From Candidatus Magasanikiibacteriota bacterium (GTDB taxonomy: Bacteria > Patescibacteriota > Patescibacteriia > Magasanikbacterales > UBA922), in contig JABIFP010000020.1 in NCBI GenBank assembly GCA_018650645.1, forward strand, positions 82,529 to 146,528: 64,000 nt of DNA, written 5' to 3'. The number at the start of each line of letters is the position of its first letter. Position 1 is the first letter of the stretch. Below, in pieces: positions 30,791 through 40,870 of this stretch. A program made the position numbers and the translations under genes. The notes beneath the pieces were generated by a model. It did not search any database. It was not told the origin of the DNA and saw only the letters and a program-made list of their open reading frames with translations.

Positions 30791-31879
30791 TTATACAATG
30801 ACTCCACCACCTAAACAGATGGCATCTTGGTAGATAACCGCAAACTGTCCGGGGGCAAGTGCACGTTGCTTCTGAGTAGTGGTTATAGAGTACTCTCCAG
30901 AGCTATCTTGGTCAAGAATCGCTTCTTGCAGTTCTTGGCGATGGCGGAATCTGACCATGCATGATAGTGGCATAGCTGGCAGCTGGCCTGAAATGCTATG
31001 CAAAGAATCAATCCGAACTGTCGTTGTATAAAGCAATGGATCTTCACCAAACCCAACAACAAGCTCATTGGTATCAAATCGTTTTTGTAGTACGTAGAGC
31101 GGTTTATTTTCTCCTTTTGGCATACCAGGAAGCCCTCCGCTCGGCACACCAACATTGCGCTGCCCAATCGTATAAAATGCGAGTCCTTCATGAGCGCCAA
31201 GCACTGTTCCATCTGAAAAAACAATATTCCCAGGTGTTTTATCTATTTCTTTTTGCAAAAAATCTTTCATTGGTACTTCTCCTACAAAACAGATGCCCAT
31301 ACTTTCTGGACGCTGCGCCGTTGGCAGAGCAAACTTTTCTGCAAGCGCCCGTACTTCGGGTTTCGTATATTCCCCTAGTGGAAATAACGTGTAATCAAGT
31401 TCTTTTGAAGTCACCTGATGTAAAAAATATGTTTGATCTTTATTATCATCTTTTGCTCTTTGCAGTAGCGCCACTCCAGAAGAACGATCAATAGAAGCAT
31501 AATGCCCTGTGGCCATGCCCTCAAATCCAAGTTCCTTCGCTTTATTAATCCATGCACCAAATTTAATAAATTTGTTACACATCACATCTGGATTCGGCGT
31601 TCTTCCGGCACCGTACTCTTTATATAGGTAACTCATCACCCATTCCTTATACTCTTTTTCAAAGTCGAGTGTCAGGCATTCAATACCTAAATGCGCCGCT
31701 GTTCTAATCGCATCTCTTCTATCTTCTCTCCAAGTACATTGCCCGCTGTCGTTTACACTATCGCTCCACTGTTTCATGTATGCGCCTGTTACATCATACC
31801 CTTGCTCAATTAAAAGCGCAGCGGCAACCGAAGAATCGACGCCGCCAGAAAGACACATTAATATCTTCCCTTTGCTCAT
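30791..31879 (-). CDS. mnmA: tRNA 2-thiouridylase
   Basis: SGGVDSSV, TPNPDVMCN, ATGHY, KDQTYFL, ESMGICF, PGQ. Confidence 0.97.
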   Translation of the reverse strand: MSKGKILMCLSGGVDSSVAAALLIEQGYDVTGAYMKQWSDSVNDSGQCTWREDRRDAIRTAAHLGIECLTLDFEKEYKEWVMSYLYKEYGAGRTPNPDVMCNKFIKFGAWINKAKELGFEGMATGHYASIDRSSGVALLQRAKDDNKDQTYFLHQVTSKELDYTLFPLGEYTKPEVRALAEKFALPTAQRPESMGICFVGEVPMKDFLQKEIDKTPGNIVFSDGTVLGAHEGLAFYTIGQRNVGVPSGGLPGMPKGENKPLYVLQKRFDTNELVVGFGEDPLLYTTTVRIDSLHSISGQLPAMPLSCMVRFRHRQELQEAILDQDSSGEYSITTTQKQRALAPGQFAVIYQDAICLGGGVIV

Positions 31880-32514
31880 GGTAATAGTGTTACAGGAGTT
31901 ATTTGCTTTTCAAGCTCCTCTTTATAATACGCGGTAATTGGTTCAATCAATTTTTCATCATCAAATATTGCTCTGGCACTTTTACTTCTTAGCCAGTACG
32001 CAAATTGATACAGGTATCGAATATTTGTTGTCATAGACATACCCGTTTCCTGACAAAAATAGAGTCCTCTTGCAAGACCGATTTGTCCAAAGGCATCCAA
32101 TTTATCTGCATCGCGAAGTGTAATCGCACTATAATGCGCATCGGCAAAATCATTATAATGATATTTCAGCCCATAGAGTAATTCGAGTTTTTGATCGGTG
32201 TTCAGTGATCCCGCTAATACCGTATCTTCCTGAAACCATTCCTGAAGCATTTCATAAGAAAGTGCGTGATGCCGTTTTTTTTCTGGATTTTTTCCATTAA
32301 ATTCGCGTGCTCGTCCAATATCATGCAAGAGTCCACAAAGAACCGGTAAAAATGGATGTGCTCCATCACCCGTTGAAATTCTGTATGCATTGTTTGCCAC
32401 TCGCGTTGCATGTCCCTGACCATGAGATGGTGCTGGGAACTCCGTAAATAGCATTTCAATACGCTGTTGTACATGTGCCACTACCTCCTGCTCCGAAGCA
32501 GAAAGATCAGGCAT
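31876..32514 (-). CDS. HD-domain protein
   Basis: H...HATRV, LLHDIGR, DADKLD; start placed at MPDLS. Confidence 0.85.
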   Translation of the reverse strand: MPDLSASEQEVVAHVQQRIEMLFTEFPAPSHGQGHATRVANNAYRISTGDGAHPFLPVLCGLLHDIGRAREFNGKNPEKKRHHALSYEMLQEWFQEDTVLAGSLNTDQKLELLYGLKYHYNDFADAHYSAITLRDADKLDAFGQIGLARGLYFCQETGMSMTTNIRYLYQFAYWLRSKSARAIFDDEKLIEPITAYYKEELEKQITPVTLLP

Positions 32515-32905
32515 CTTTAGAATAGGTGCCGTCGAATTCAAATCCAGCATATACACAAAGTAAAAGTATCCAAGCAACACTAGCATATCCTATCCAACTT
32601 GAAAAGAGTGTTTGTGTCATGTCTGCAGGAACCATTCCTGTCATTTCAAGTACCCAAGCACCTAATACAGATACAATGAGTATATCGAGTGCTAACCCTA
32701 ATCCTCGGAGCGTTGTTGGTTTTACTGCCTTAAAATACCATTTTGCCAAAATCATGGTAATTGGAATAAGCAGTAGTGCGTTTACAATAAAACCAGCTGT
32801 GGTGAGTGCAAATCCGGCAGAAATTGCATGCTCAATGGCAACAATAACCGCAGCTTTTACAAATACGAGTAGTCCAAATATTAATCCTCTGAGTGTAGTA
32901 TTCAT
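32507..32905 (-). CDS. Hypothetical membrane protein
   Basis: Four hydrophobic segments; within the operon. Confidence 0.7.
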   Translation of the reverse strand: MNTTLRGLIFGLLVFVKAAVIVAIEHAISAGFALTTAGFIVNALLLIPITMILAKWYFKAVKPTTLRGLGLALDILIVSVLGAWVLEMTGMVPADMTQTLFSSWIGYASVAWILLLCVYAGFEFDGTYSKDA

Positions 32906-32908
32906 AGG

Positions 32909-33238
32909 TTACATGCTAAAAACTAATCCAAAAATGAAAATGAGCATAAAGATAAAGAGCCATCCTAACGTTGAAAGCAGCATCACGGTTGCCGCCTTAA
33001 ATTGATGATGAAACAACCTTTTCAGTGGTTCGTAAAAGAGAAGCCAGCCACATACCCCAACAGAAAGTACCCCAAGAAAAATACCAAACGTATAGCGGAT
33101 TAGTACTTCAATCTCGTTGTTATATAGAAATTCTAACTGCCGAGCAAATACTGCCAAAAAAAGTACATACAAAATGATCAGCATCGCATGGAAAAATCCG
33201 TGCCAAAATGGTTGTCTGTAATTCTTTGAAAATAACAT
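32909..33238 (-). CDS. Hypothetical membrane protein
   Basis: Three TM segments; translationally coupled spacing. Confidence 0.7.
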   Translation of the reverse strand: MLFSKNYRQPFWHGFFHAMLIILYVLFLAVFARQLEFLYNNEIEVLIRYTFGIFLGVLSVGVCGWLLFYEPLKRLFHHQFKAATVMLLSTLGWLFIFMLIFIFGLVFSM

Positions 33239-33243
33239 ATCTT

Positions 33244-35526
33244 TTATTTAAGTGATTGAATTTTTTTCTTAATGTCTTCGTTCTCTGGATTTAATTGTAA
33301 TACTTTTGTATAAAATTCGATTGCCTTTGGCTTATTCCCTATACGTTCCGCAGCAATTCCTAAACTAAACAGTCCGTTTGAATGGTCTGGATGCGTATCC
33401 ACAAGTGCAAGCCACATTTCTATCGCTTTCTGCATTTGATCGCGCTCTCCTGTATTATACAACACTCTGGCATATTGGTATGTAATATCAACATTCCCTG
33501 GCACAAGTGAAGAGGCTTTTTCATATTGTTTTACCGCCAACTGAAACTGCTCTAGCCGTTCATAAATATCTCCGAGTGCCGCGTACGCCGAAACAAATTG
33601 TGGATGCAATTGAATAGCCTTTTCTAGCGTGGCCTTTGCTTCAGCATCTTGTTGCGAATCAATATGAATAAGGGCTTTTCGCCAATAGAGCTGTGCATTT
33701 GTTGGGGCAAGGGCAATGGCGCTATCAAGTTGCTGCAAGGTATGTTCATCAGCACCCGTCGTAAATAATCGAGCATTGCTATACATCGTAGCGAGTGTAT
33801 CCCAAGAAGTATATGAAAGCGGATCAAGTGTTGTTGCACGCTTTGCTTGATCAACAGCATTTGCCATAGCAAACGTAAACTCGTCTGTAATAGTATCTTC
33901 TTTTGAAAGTGCCCTTGCGTATTGCAAATAGGCATCAGCAAGCGACGCTCTATACGGTCCATATGCAGGACGCAGCTGTGTTGCTTTATTCATATGCTCA
34001 ATCATTTGCGGTGCAGACGCAGCATGAAGTCCTGCTGTTGCTTGTGATTCAGCAATAATATGCCGAATACCAAATGCAGCAGAAATTCCAAGCGCAGTAA
34101 CAATAGAAACAAACAAGAAACTGACTAAAAATGAATCCTTCAGCTCAGCCGATACAGAAATTTCTTTTACTTGGTCGAGTCTTTTTGTGTGCATGGCAAA
34201 GGCAACGCACATCATAAACAGAAGCCACCACCAGAGCATCCAAAGTGCAGCTCCCAAAAAGGAAACAAACATACCAATAGTAAGGACAAGCCAAGCAGCT
34301 CCAAGCGCAACAGCATGTAATTGTTCTGGGTGAATCTTGCGCGCGGTTTTAGTAATAACACGCCCTTTCCGTGCATTTATGTCACTAATTCCAGTTACCA
34401 AAACTCCGCTCCCTAAAAGCACCACAAATAATAAGGATAGCGCTCCCACAAAACCAAGTTCAACAAATAGTGCATGCACTGTGCTATATGGCTGCCAAAA
34501 TATTCTATCTGCAAACGCTTCTAATCCATTAAACGCATGTGGTCTATATAATGAAAATGCATATCCAAACGATGCAGGCCCATTTCCAATGAAAAATGTA
34601 GAAACGTCCTTGAGCAGTACTTGCTGCGTAATTTGTGTAGAAACGCCGTTTCCAAGTGTTAGCTCTGCAGGCAAGTCGCCTTTCAACATATTGGGCGTTC
34701 CTGCTACAGCAAAAGCAATAGAAGAAGCAATAAGTAGTACACCAATAGCTCGCACCCACTGCACGACATCGTCATGCTGCCAAGCAGAAAGCACCACAAT
34801 CGATACAGCAAACGCTACGAGTATATATAAGTACGGAAGTGCAATACTCACAACCGCAAGACAGTGCAGGATAAGTGCTACTACAGCAAACATGCGTGCC
34901 CACCAAGAAAGCGTCCTGTGCATGGCAAAGGCAAGTGTAATTGGTATAACAGCAACAATCCATAGTCCGAGTACAGACGCAAACTGTGTCAGTACATTTA
35001 CCGCGCCACTGTGCGCCCAAGGAATATGTGTTGGTGCATACAAAGAAATAACAAAAAATGCACTTACAATACCCGAAATCCCAACCAGAAGTGCAATAAA
35101 CCTATGCAGTACATGGCCGCGCGCGGCATGCTGAGCGCTCATATATCCAAAAGCAATCGCCCCAAAGATACTCGCAAGAGATAATCCAAATACTTCGGGT
35201 TGCCCAAGTATACCGTGAGACAAATTACCTGAAAGCACCCATGCAAGAAGAGCAACTACCAAAAAAATAAGTGCAGCCGCATCAACGGGTGTTCTGCGTA
35301 ATTGAATTTTTTTTACAACTAATACGCGAGCGCCAAATATGAGCGCAGCAAGCATGGCACAAAATACGACAAGCAATACTTTTGGCAACGTATGTGGATC
35401 TCTTAGCCCAGGAATATGAAGTAATATTCCACCAATTAACCCAACACCAAGAATAGCAATAGCACCCGAGCTAAGGGCGCTACTGATTGCTGTTCGTTTT
35501 GGACGAAATAATGATGTGCGCTTCAT
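33244..35526 (-). CDS. O-antigen-ligase-like membrane protein with C-terminal TPR repeats
   Basis: About 12 TM segments, GNGPASF loop, C-terminal TPRs (A..L.P.N motifs). Confidence 0.8.
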   Translation of the reverse strand: MKRTSLFRPKRTAISSALSSGAIAILGVGLIGGILLHIPGLRDPHTLPKVLLVVFCAMLAALIFGARVLVVKKIQLRRTPVDAAALIFLVVALLAWVLSGNLSHGILGQPEVFGLSLASIFGAIAFGYMSAQHAARGHVLHRFIALLVGISGIVSAFFVISLYAPTHIPWAHSGAVNVLTQFASVLGLWIVAVIPITLAFAMHRTLSWWARMFAVVALILHCLAVVSIALPYLYILVAFAVSIVVLSAWQHDDVVQWVRAIGVLLIASSIAFAVAGTPNMLKGDLPAELTLGNGVSTQITQQVLLKDVSTFFIGNGPASFGYAFSLYRPHAFNGLEAFADRIFWQPYSTVHALFVELGFVGALSLLFVVLLGSGVLVTGISDINARKGRVITKTARKIHPEQLHAVALGAAWLVLTIGMFVSFLGAALWMLWWWLLFMMCVAFAMHTKRLDQVKEISVSAELKDSFLVSFLFVSIVTALGISAAFGIRHIIAESQATAGLHAASAPQMIEHMNKATQLRPAYGPYRASLADAYLQYARALSKEDTITDEFTFAMANAVDQAKRATTLDPLSYTSWDTLATMYSNARLFTTGADEHTLQQLDSAIALAPTNAQLYWRKALIHIDSQQDAEAKATLEKAIQLHPQFVSAYAALGDIYERLEQFQLAVKQYEKASSLVPGNVDITYQYARVLYNTGERDQMQKAIEMWLALVDTHPDHSNGLFSLGIAAERIGNKPKAIEFYTKVLQLNPENEDIKKKIQSLK

Positions 35527-35535
35527 ATAAGCAAA

Positions 35536-37767
35536 CTACGAATCAAACCGAATCACATTATTTGGAGAAAGTTGTGTTGGACCGTCAGATGTTTTTTCTG
35601 GCGCTACAGCTGGCTGCGCTGCAGGTGTTGCCGCTTGCTCTACCTGTGGAGAGGGCTGTGACATATCACCACTTCCTTCTCCTGTTTTCTTTTTTCTTCT
35701 TCTGCGACGTTTTCTTTTTTTCTTTGGTGGATTGTTTTCATCAATAAAAGGAGAGCTAGCAGAAGGAACAGATGCTTCGGCGGGTGCATGTGCTACTTCC
35801 GCAGTTTCTTGTAAGATTTCTGGCACTACGGGTTTTGCTGCAGGAATTTCTGGTGTAGGTGATTCTTTAGGTACCTCTATTTTTTCTTTAACATCCGCTG
35901 CCGTCGATATTGCAGGCTCATCTTTTACTACCAGTTTTTCCTGGACGACTGGCACTTCCTTCACAACTGGCGGTACCGGCATTTCTTTTACCACAGGTAC
36001 TATAGGTTCTTCTTCCCAAAGTAATGGCTCAGTTGCCTCAAGAACCTCTGGTTTTATCACCACGTGAGCTTCTGGAGCAGGAGTGATTTTCCCGACGTCT
36101 AGTGCACTCGGTTGCTCAGCAGCATCGAAAACCTCTTCTTTAGCGGGAGTAGGTGCTGGTGCTGGTGTAGCAACGGCAGCAATTGGTTCAGGTTTCTTTT
36201 CTGCCACTGGTTTATTTTCAACAGTCGATTTTTTCTCGGTTCTTGGTGTCTCTTCTCTTCTCGGTTTATTTTCTGAAGGTCTATCTGATCGTCTATTATC
36301 AGATGGCTTATCTGATCGTCGTTTTTCTGAAGGTCTATCTGATTGTTTAGTATCAGACGATCTATCTGATCGCTTATTGTCTGACGATCTTTTTCTATCA
36401 TCTTTTTTCTTTTTGTCGATGGGCGGCAATACATCCTCATCTTTTTCATCGCCAAAACCACTCCAACGCATAATTTTCTCTTCGATTTCGGCTCGTTTTC
36501 TTCCGTATCTTTCTCTTGAAACACGAATTACCTTTTCTGCTGAACCTGTTGGAGAACCAATTGGTGGCAATGTCAGTGCACTAAATGGCTGAGAAGCAAC
36601 CCCATCAATCATAAGTTTGAGTAAAATTTGGTATTTTGCCAAATTTACAATATCTTCTTCCATAAAAATAGGCGCATACTCTTTTGCCAACGATTCAGCA
36701 TCTGATGCCCCCACACGGAAAGATATAATAGTTCCAACATTACCAAATACAGCATCAGCAACCACTTCGTCTAACTGCGCAACATATTGATGCGCCATAA
36801 TAAGACCCAAATGATATTTACGCGCCTCAGAAAGAATATTGGCAAATGACGGTGTCGCAAAGTTTTGGAATTCATCTACATACAAGAAAAAATCTCGTCT
36901 ATCTTTTTCTAGCATATCAACACGCTCCATGGCAGAAAGCTGCAACTTGGTAATGAGCATTCCACCCAAAAGCCGCGAGTTATCTTCCCCCATTCGCCCT
37001 TTAGAGAGATTCATGATCAAAATTTTCCCGTCATCCATTGCCTTTCTTACATCAAACGTTGATTTTGGCTGCGCAACCATGTTTCTAATCAGTGATGCAG
37101 ATAAAAATTGCCCAATCTTATTTTGAATAGGAGCAACCGCTTCTGTCGCATATTTTTCTGAATATCCAGCAAACTCAATCTGCCAAAAACTCTTTACAAC
37201 CGGATCATTCGTTCCTTTAATCAATTTTCTTCTATATTTTTTATCTGACAACAATCGATTAATTCCAAGGAGTGTTGTTCCTGGGTTATCTAATAATACT
37301 AGCAGCGTATTATTTAAAATGTATTCCATTCTAGAAGACCATACGTCTGGCCAAATCTTTTTAAATGTTCCCATCATTCCTGCCGCAACAAGATGTTTCT
37401 GCTCTTCATTATATACTTCCAAAATATTAAACCCGATTGGATTTGATAAATCAGCTGGATTCACATAAATCACATCATTCATGCGCCAACTTGGAATGTA
37501 ATCAATAATTTTTTCTGCAAAATCTCCGTGAGGATCAATAAGTCCTACACCATGTCCATTATAAATATCAGAAAGCATCATGTTTTCCATCATGGTACTT
37601 TTTCCCATTCCTGTTTTTCCAATAATGTAACTGTGTCTGCGCCTGTCATCGATTTTAATACCAAACCGTCTCATCTGGTTTCTATAATTGGTTTGCGCAA
37701 ACAAACAGATCTCATTAGGATCTGGTGCAGGGGCTTCGTCTTGCTTCAGTAAATATGGAGCTGGCAT
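35536..37767 (-). CDS. Type IV coupling protein/HerA-like ATPase (TraG/VirD4-related) with disordered tail
   Basis: Walker A GKTGMGKS, IDPHGD, Walker B LYVDEFQNF, SEARKY, HQY; low-complexity C-terminus. Confidence 0.88.
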   Translation of the reverse strand: MPAPYLLKQDEAPAPDPNEICLFAQTNYRNQMRRFGIKIDDRRRHSYIIGKTGMGKSTMMENMMLSDIYNGHGVGLIDPHGDFAEKIIDYIPSWRMNDVIYVNPADLSNPIGFNILEVYNEEQKHLVAAGMMGTFKKIWPDVWSSRMEYILNNTLLVLLDNPGTTLLGINRLLSDKKYRRKLIKGTNDPVVKSFWQIEFAGYSEKYATEAVAPIQNKIGQFLSASLIRNMVAQPKSTFDVRKAMDDGKILIMNLSKGRMGEDNSRLLGGMLITKLQLSAMERVDMLEKDRRDFFLYVDEFQNFATPSFANILSEARKYHLGLIMAHQYVAQLDEVVADAVFGNVGTIISFRVGASDAESLAKEYAPIFMEEDIVNLAKYQILLKLMIDGVASQPFSALTLPPIGSPTGSAEKVIRVSRERYGRKRAEIEEKIMRWSGFGDEKDEDVLPPIDKKKKDDRKRSSDNKRSDRSSDTKQSDRPSEKRRSDKPSDNRRSDRPSENKPRREETPRTEKKSTVENKPVAEKKPEPIAAVATPAPAPTPAKEEVFDAAEQPSALDVGKITPAPEAHVVIKPEVLEATEPLLWEEEPIVPVVKEMPVPPVVKEVPVVQEKLVVKDEPAISTAADVKEKIEVPKESPTPEIPAAKPVVPEILQETAEVAHAPAEASVPSASSPFIDENNPPKKKRKRRRRRKKKTGEGSGDMSQPSPQVEQAATPAAQPAVAPEKTSDGPTQLSPNNVIRFDS

Positions 37768-37807
37768 AATTTATTTTTGCTAGTATAGCATACCTAAGTA
37801 TGATCCC

Positions 37808-38884
37808 CTACTTTTTTATTGCTTTGCTCACAAGCTTTCGCACCGCTGCAGGAGAAGCGATTGGAATAGCTTTTGAGAGCCCATCAGTAAGCTTCTTAGC
37901 CTGCGGAGCACTCCAATGCAGTACATCGAGCAATTGATTTGTAACTGTTTCTTGTGGCGCTTCTTCATCGAGCACAATTGCGCCACCAAATGTATCAATA
38001 TGTGCAGCATTCTTTTGCTGATGTCCTGCTTTTGGAATGAGGAGCGTTAATTTTTTTAGCGCAGAAAGTTCTGTTAATGTACCAAACCCGGCCCTTGAAA
38101 CAACAATATCTGCAGCAGCTAATATATCTGGCAATTCTTCTGAAACAAATGGAATATGATGATACCAATCACAGGCAGCTTCAAGTGCAGCGAGCTCTTT
38201 ATGTGCACGTTTTTGCCCAGAAAGATGGATGATTTGCGCTTCGCCTTTTAACACCGGAACCGCTTCTTTTATAAACGTATTTATTTTTTCTGCACCCGTT
38301 CCACCGCCCAAAGCAAGGACCACCTTTTCTTTTGAAACAATACCGGCAAAATCTTTTCCCTTCTTAGCACTTCCCTTTTGGATCGCTACTCGTACGGGGT
38401 TTCCCAGCACTACTGGTGAATAGGCTTCAAATGCTACAGCAGACGCAGCTGTTGCCGCACTTACAACCGTTGCCCACCGTGCCATGATGGTATTTGCAAG
38501 CCCCGCTTCAATATCTTGCTGATGTACTATTGTTGAAATTTTCAGCAGTTTTGCAGCCACATGCACCGGAACAGATACAAATCCCCCAGTTGTAATACAT
38601 AGTGCGGGTTTATGTTTTTTCAATAATCGAATCGATTGAAGCACACCAATACCAAACCGAATAGCATCAGTAAACGTACGAAGTGACACGTATCTTCGGA
38701 GCTTCCCTGCTTGAATAGACGCAAATGGTATTCTGGCTTCTTTTACTAGCTGACACTCTGGTCCAGATCTTGTGCCAATCCAAAAAAAATCGTATTGATC
38801 TTTTGGTAGCGCCTCTGCCATAGCTAAAAGTGGCGTCACTGGCCCAAGCGTATATCCCCCAGAAAATAAAATCGTTTGTTTCAT
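37808..38884 (-). CDS. murG: MurG glycosyltransferase
   Basis: GKLRRY, TGGFVSVP, GNPVR, SRAG; next to ftsW. Confidence 0.9.
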   Translation of the reverse strand: MKQTILFSGGYTLGPVTPLLAMAEALPKDQYDFFWIGTRSGPECQLVKEARIPFASIQAGKLRRYVSLRTFTDAIRFGIGVLQSIRLLKKHKPALCITTGGFVSVPVHVAAKLLKISTIVHQQDIEAGLANTIMARWATVVSAATAASAVAFEAYSPVVLGNPVRVAIQKGSAKKGKDFAGIVSKEKVVLALGGGTGAEKINTFIKEAVPVLKGEAQIIHLSGQKRAHKELAALEAACDWYHHIPFVSEELPDILAAADIVVSRAGFGTLTELSALKKLTLLIPKAGHQQKNAAHIDTFGGAIVLDEEAPQETVTNQLLDVLHWSAPQAKKLTDGLSKAIPIASPAAVRKLVSKAIKK

Positions 38885-38885
38885 A

Positions 38886-39980
38886 TTATGTTTGCTTACT
38901 CACATTAACTACAAGCCCAGCTGCTAATAAAGCAACCATCAGCGCCGTTCCTCCGTGCGAAACAAATGGTAGTGGGACTCCGGTCATTGGCATAATGCCA
39001 AGCATGGAACCGATGTTGAAAAAGGATTGAGAAATAAACCAAATGATAACCCCAAGCACCAGAATGCGCCCAAAATCATCAGCATGTTTTGCAATACATA
39101 TTGCTCGCCTTGCTATGATGAGTAAAAACACAATCATGAGCGAAGAAATAATAACACCCATTTCTTCTGCAATGATAGCAAAAATACTATCTGCGTGCAC
39201 CTCTGGTAAATACGCATGCTTTTGCCTTGAGTGCCCCAAACCGCGGCCCATCCATCCTCCAGAACCAACCGCTACTTGCGCCTGCAAAATATGATACCCA
39301 GAAGTATCTAAATGCTCATTTGGATTTAAAAAGGTTGTTAACCGCTCGGCTCTATATGGTGCAATGATAATAAGCACCGCCAGTGCGGCTATGGCTAACC
39401 CAAATAGTGCCGAAAGATGACTCATTTTTGATCCTGCTACAAACAGTACACCAAAACAAATCGCAAACATAATTGCCGCAGAACCCAAATCTGGCTGGAG
39501 GAGAATAAGCCCCACAGGAAGTAATCCTAAAAGCAATATCGGTAAAAATCCATGTTTAAAATCCTTTATTTTTGGACCGATTTTTGCGCCATACCATGCA
39601 AGCGCAAGAATCATGCCAACCTTTGCAAGCTCAGCAGGCTGAAAAGAAAATCCAAATAATGAAATCCAGCTTTGCGCTCTAGTACCATAATCTGCTCCAA
39701 TTCCTGGGATGAGGACGAGTGCCAGCAATAAAAACGAAAGCCCCGCAAACACCGGCGCGTACTTCTGTAATTTTTTATACGGAAATTTAGAGGCAATCAC
39801 AAACAGTACTACCCCCGGAATAGCACCAAATAGTATCTGCCGCGTAATGAAGAAAAACGGATTATCAAATCGATTTACAGAACTCGCTGACGTAAGCATG
39901 ACAAGCCCAAACAACAGAAACAAAAAAATATACGATAAAAACGTATAATCAGTTCCTTTTGATTGCGCTCTTTGAGTCAT
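38886..39980 (-). CDS. ftsW: SEDS peptidoglycan polymerase FtsW
   Basis: FQPAELAK, QPDLG, LPEVHADSIF, GVPLPFVSHGG. Confidence 0.93.
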   Translation of the reverse strand: MTQRAQSKGTDYTFLSYIFLFLLFGLVMLTSASSVNRFDNPFFFITRQILFGAIPGVVLFVIASKFPYKKLQKYAPVFAGLSFLLLALVLIPGIGADYGTRAQSWISLFGFSFQPAELAKVGMILALAWYGAKIGPKIKDFKHGFLPILLLGLLPVGLILLQPDLGSAAIMFAICFGVLFVAGSKMSHLSALFGLAIAALAVLIIIAPYRAERLTTFLNPNEHLDTSGYHILQAQVAVGSGGWMGRGLGHSRQKHAYLPEVHADSIFAIIAEEMGVIISSLMIVFLLIIARRAICIAKHADDFGRILVLGVIIWFISQSFFNIGSMLGIMPMTGVPLPFVSHGGTALMVALLAAGLVVNVSKQT

Positions 39981-39981
39981 A

Positions 39982-40338
39982 TTATACGTTCAAAAAGACC
40001 AGAAGCAATGAAATAATGAGAACGAACAGTTGGCACAGTGCTGCCCCAAAAAGGAGGACATATGAGGCAAATCGATCCTTTTGAAATAATTCTGCTGCAA
40101 AATAGGTGTTAAGCCCGATTATGAGTATCCCCACCGCGGGAAGTACAAATACGGTATGCCAGGCACCTGTAAGATCTACCCCAAATAGGACGGTATAGTG
40201 TAAAAATAAGGCCTCTTCTGTTGGGCGAATATGCCAAAGCAGCCATCCCCAGGCAAAAAGGTTGCAAAGCGATGCGATTCCAACTAAAATAATCACCTGT
40301 GGCCGCCGAAAAAAGAGTTTCACGTTAGAAAGTTGCAT
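39982..40338 (-). CDS. Hypothetical membrane protein
   Basis: Three TM segments; LHY..LFGVD..G motif. Confidence 0.7.
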   Translation of the reverse strand: MQLSNVKLFFRRPQVIILVGIASLCNLFAWGWLLWHIRPTEEALFLHYTVLFGVDLTGAWHTVFVLPAVGILIIGLNTYFAAELFQKDRFASYVLLFGAALCQLFVLIISLLLVFLNV

Positions 40339-40401
40339 GAGTGTACAAAATTAGCCAATTCTTGCTAAATATCCCTGTTATTATACTCCACAGCGCTCTT
40401 C

Positions 40402-40430
40402 TTGACAACATCGGCTCTAGAGCGTATAAT
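40402..40430 (+). promoter_or_regulatory. Consensus sigma70 promoter of rpmA
   Basis: TTGACA-17 nt-TATAAT. Confidence 0.9.
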
Positions 40431-40499
40431 GGCCCCACTATCGCAGGCTTACCTTAATCTGGTTTGCTCCTGTGCACCATTTCTATTAATTGAGAAGAT

Positions 40500-40775
40500 A
40501 TGGCTCATAAAAAAGCCGGTGGTTCAGCGAAGAGCTTACGCGACTCGAATCCACAGTACCTTGGTACCAAAGTTGGTGACGGACAAACTGTTCGCGCTGG
40601 AATGGTGCTTGTACGACAACGTGGTACAAAAATCCGCCCGGGACAAAATGTAAAAAAAGGAAAAGACGATACCCTTTATGCTGGAACAGCTGGAGTGGTA
40701 AAGTTCAGCAGTAAAAAGATGCGTCGATTTGACGGACGCCTCAAAATGGCAACATTTGCAAACATCGAAGCGTAA
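40500..40775 (+). CDS. rpmA: 50S ribosomal protein L27
   Basis: MAHKKAGGS...RDS...LVRQRGTK. Confidence 0.98.
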   Translation: MAHKKAGGSAKSLRDSNPQYLGTKVGDGQTVRAGMVLVRQRGTKIRPGQNVKKGKDDTLYAGTAGVVKFSSKKMRRFDGRLKMATFANIEA

Positions 40776-40784
40776 GCTTTGTAG

Positions 40785-40816
40785 AAAAACTACTCGTATG
40801 AGTGGTTTTTTTGTTG
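40785..40816 (+). terminator. Terminator, copy 1 of a 32-bp direct repeat
   Basis: AAAAACTACTC-GTAT-GAGTGGTTTTT-TTGTTG. Confidence 0.85.
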
Positions 40817-40870
40817 TGCTTGTAAAAAATCTTTGATATGATATGGGTATTATTTCACTAATGCATCTTT

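Noticed and set aside
35536-37767. Conjugative element
   Set aside because: No relaxase, mating-pair genes or integrase; housekeeping context.
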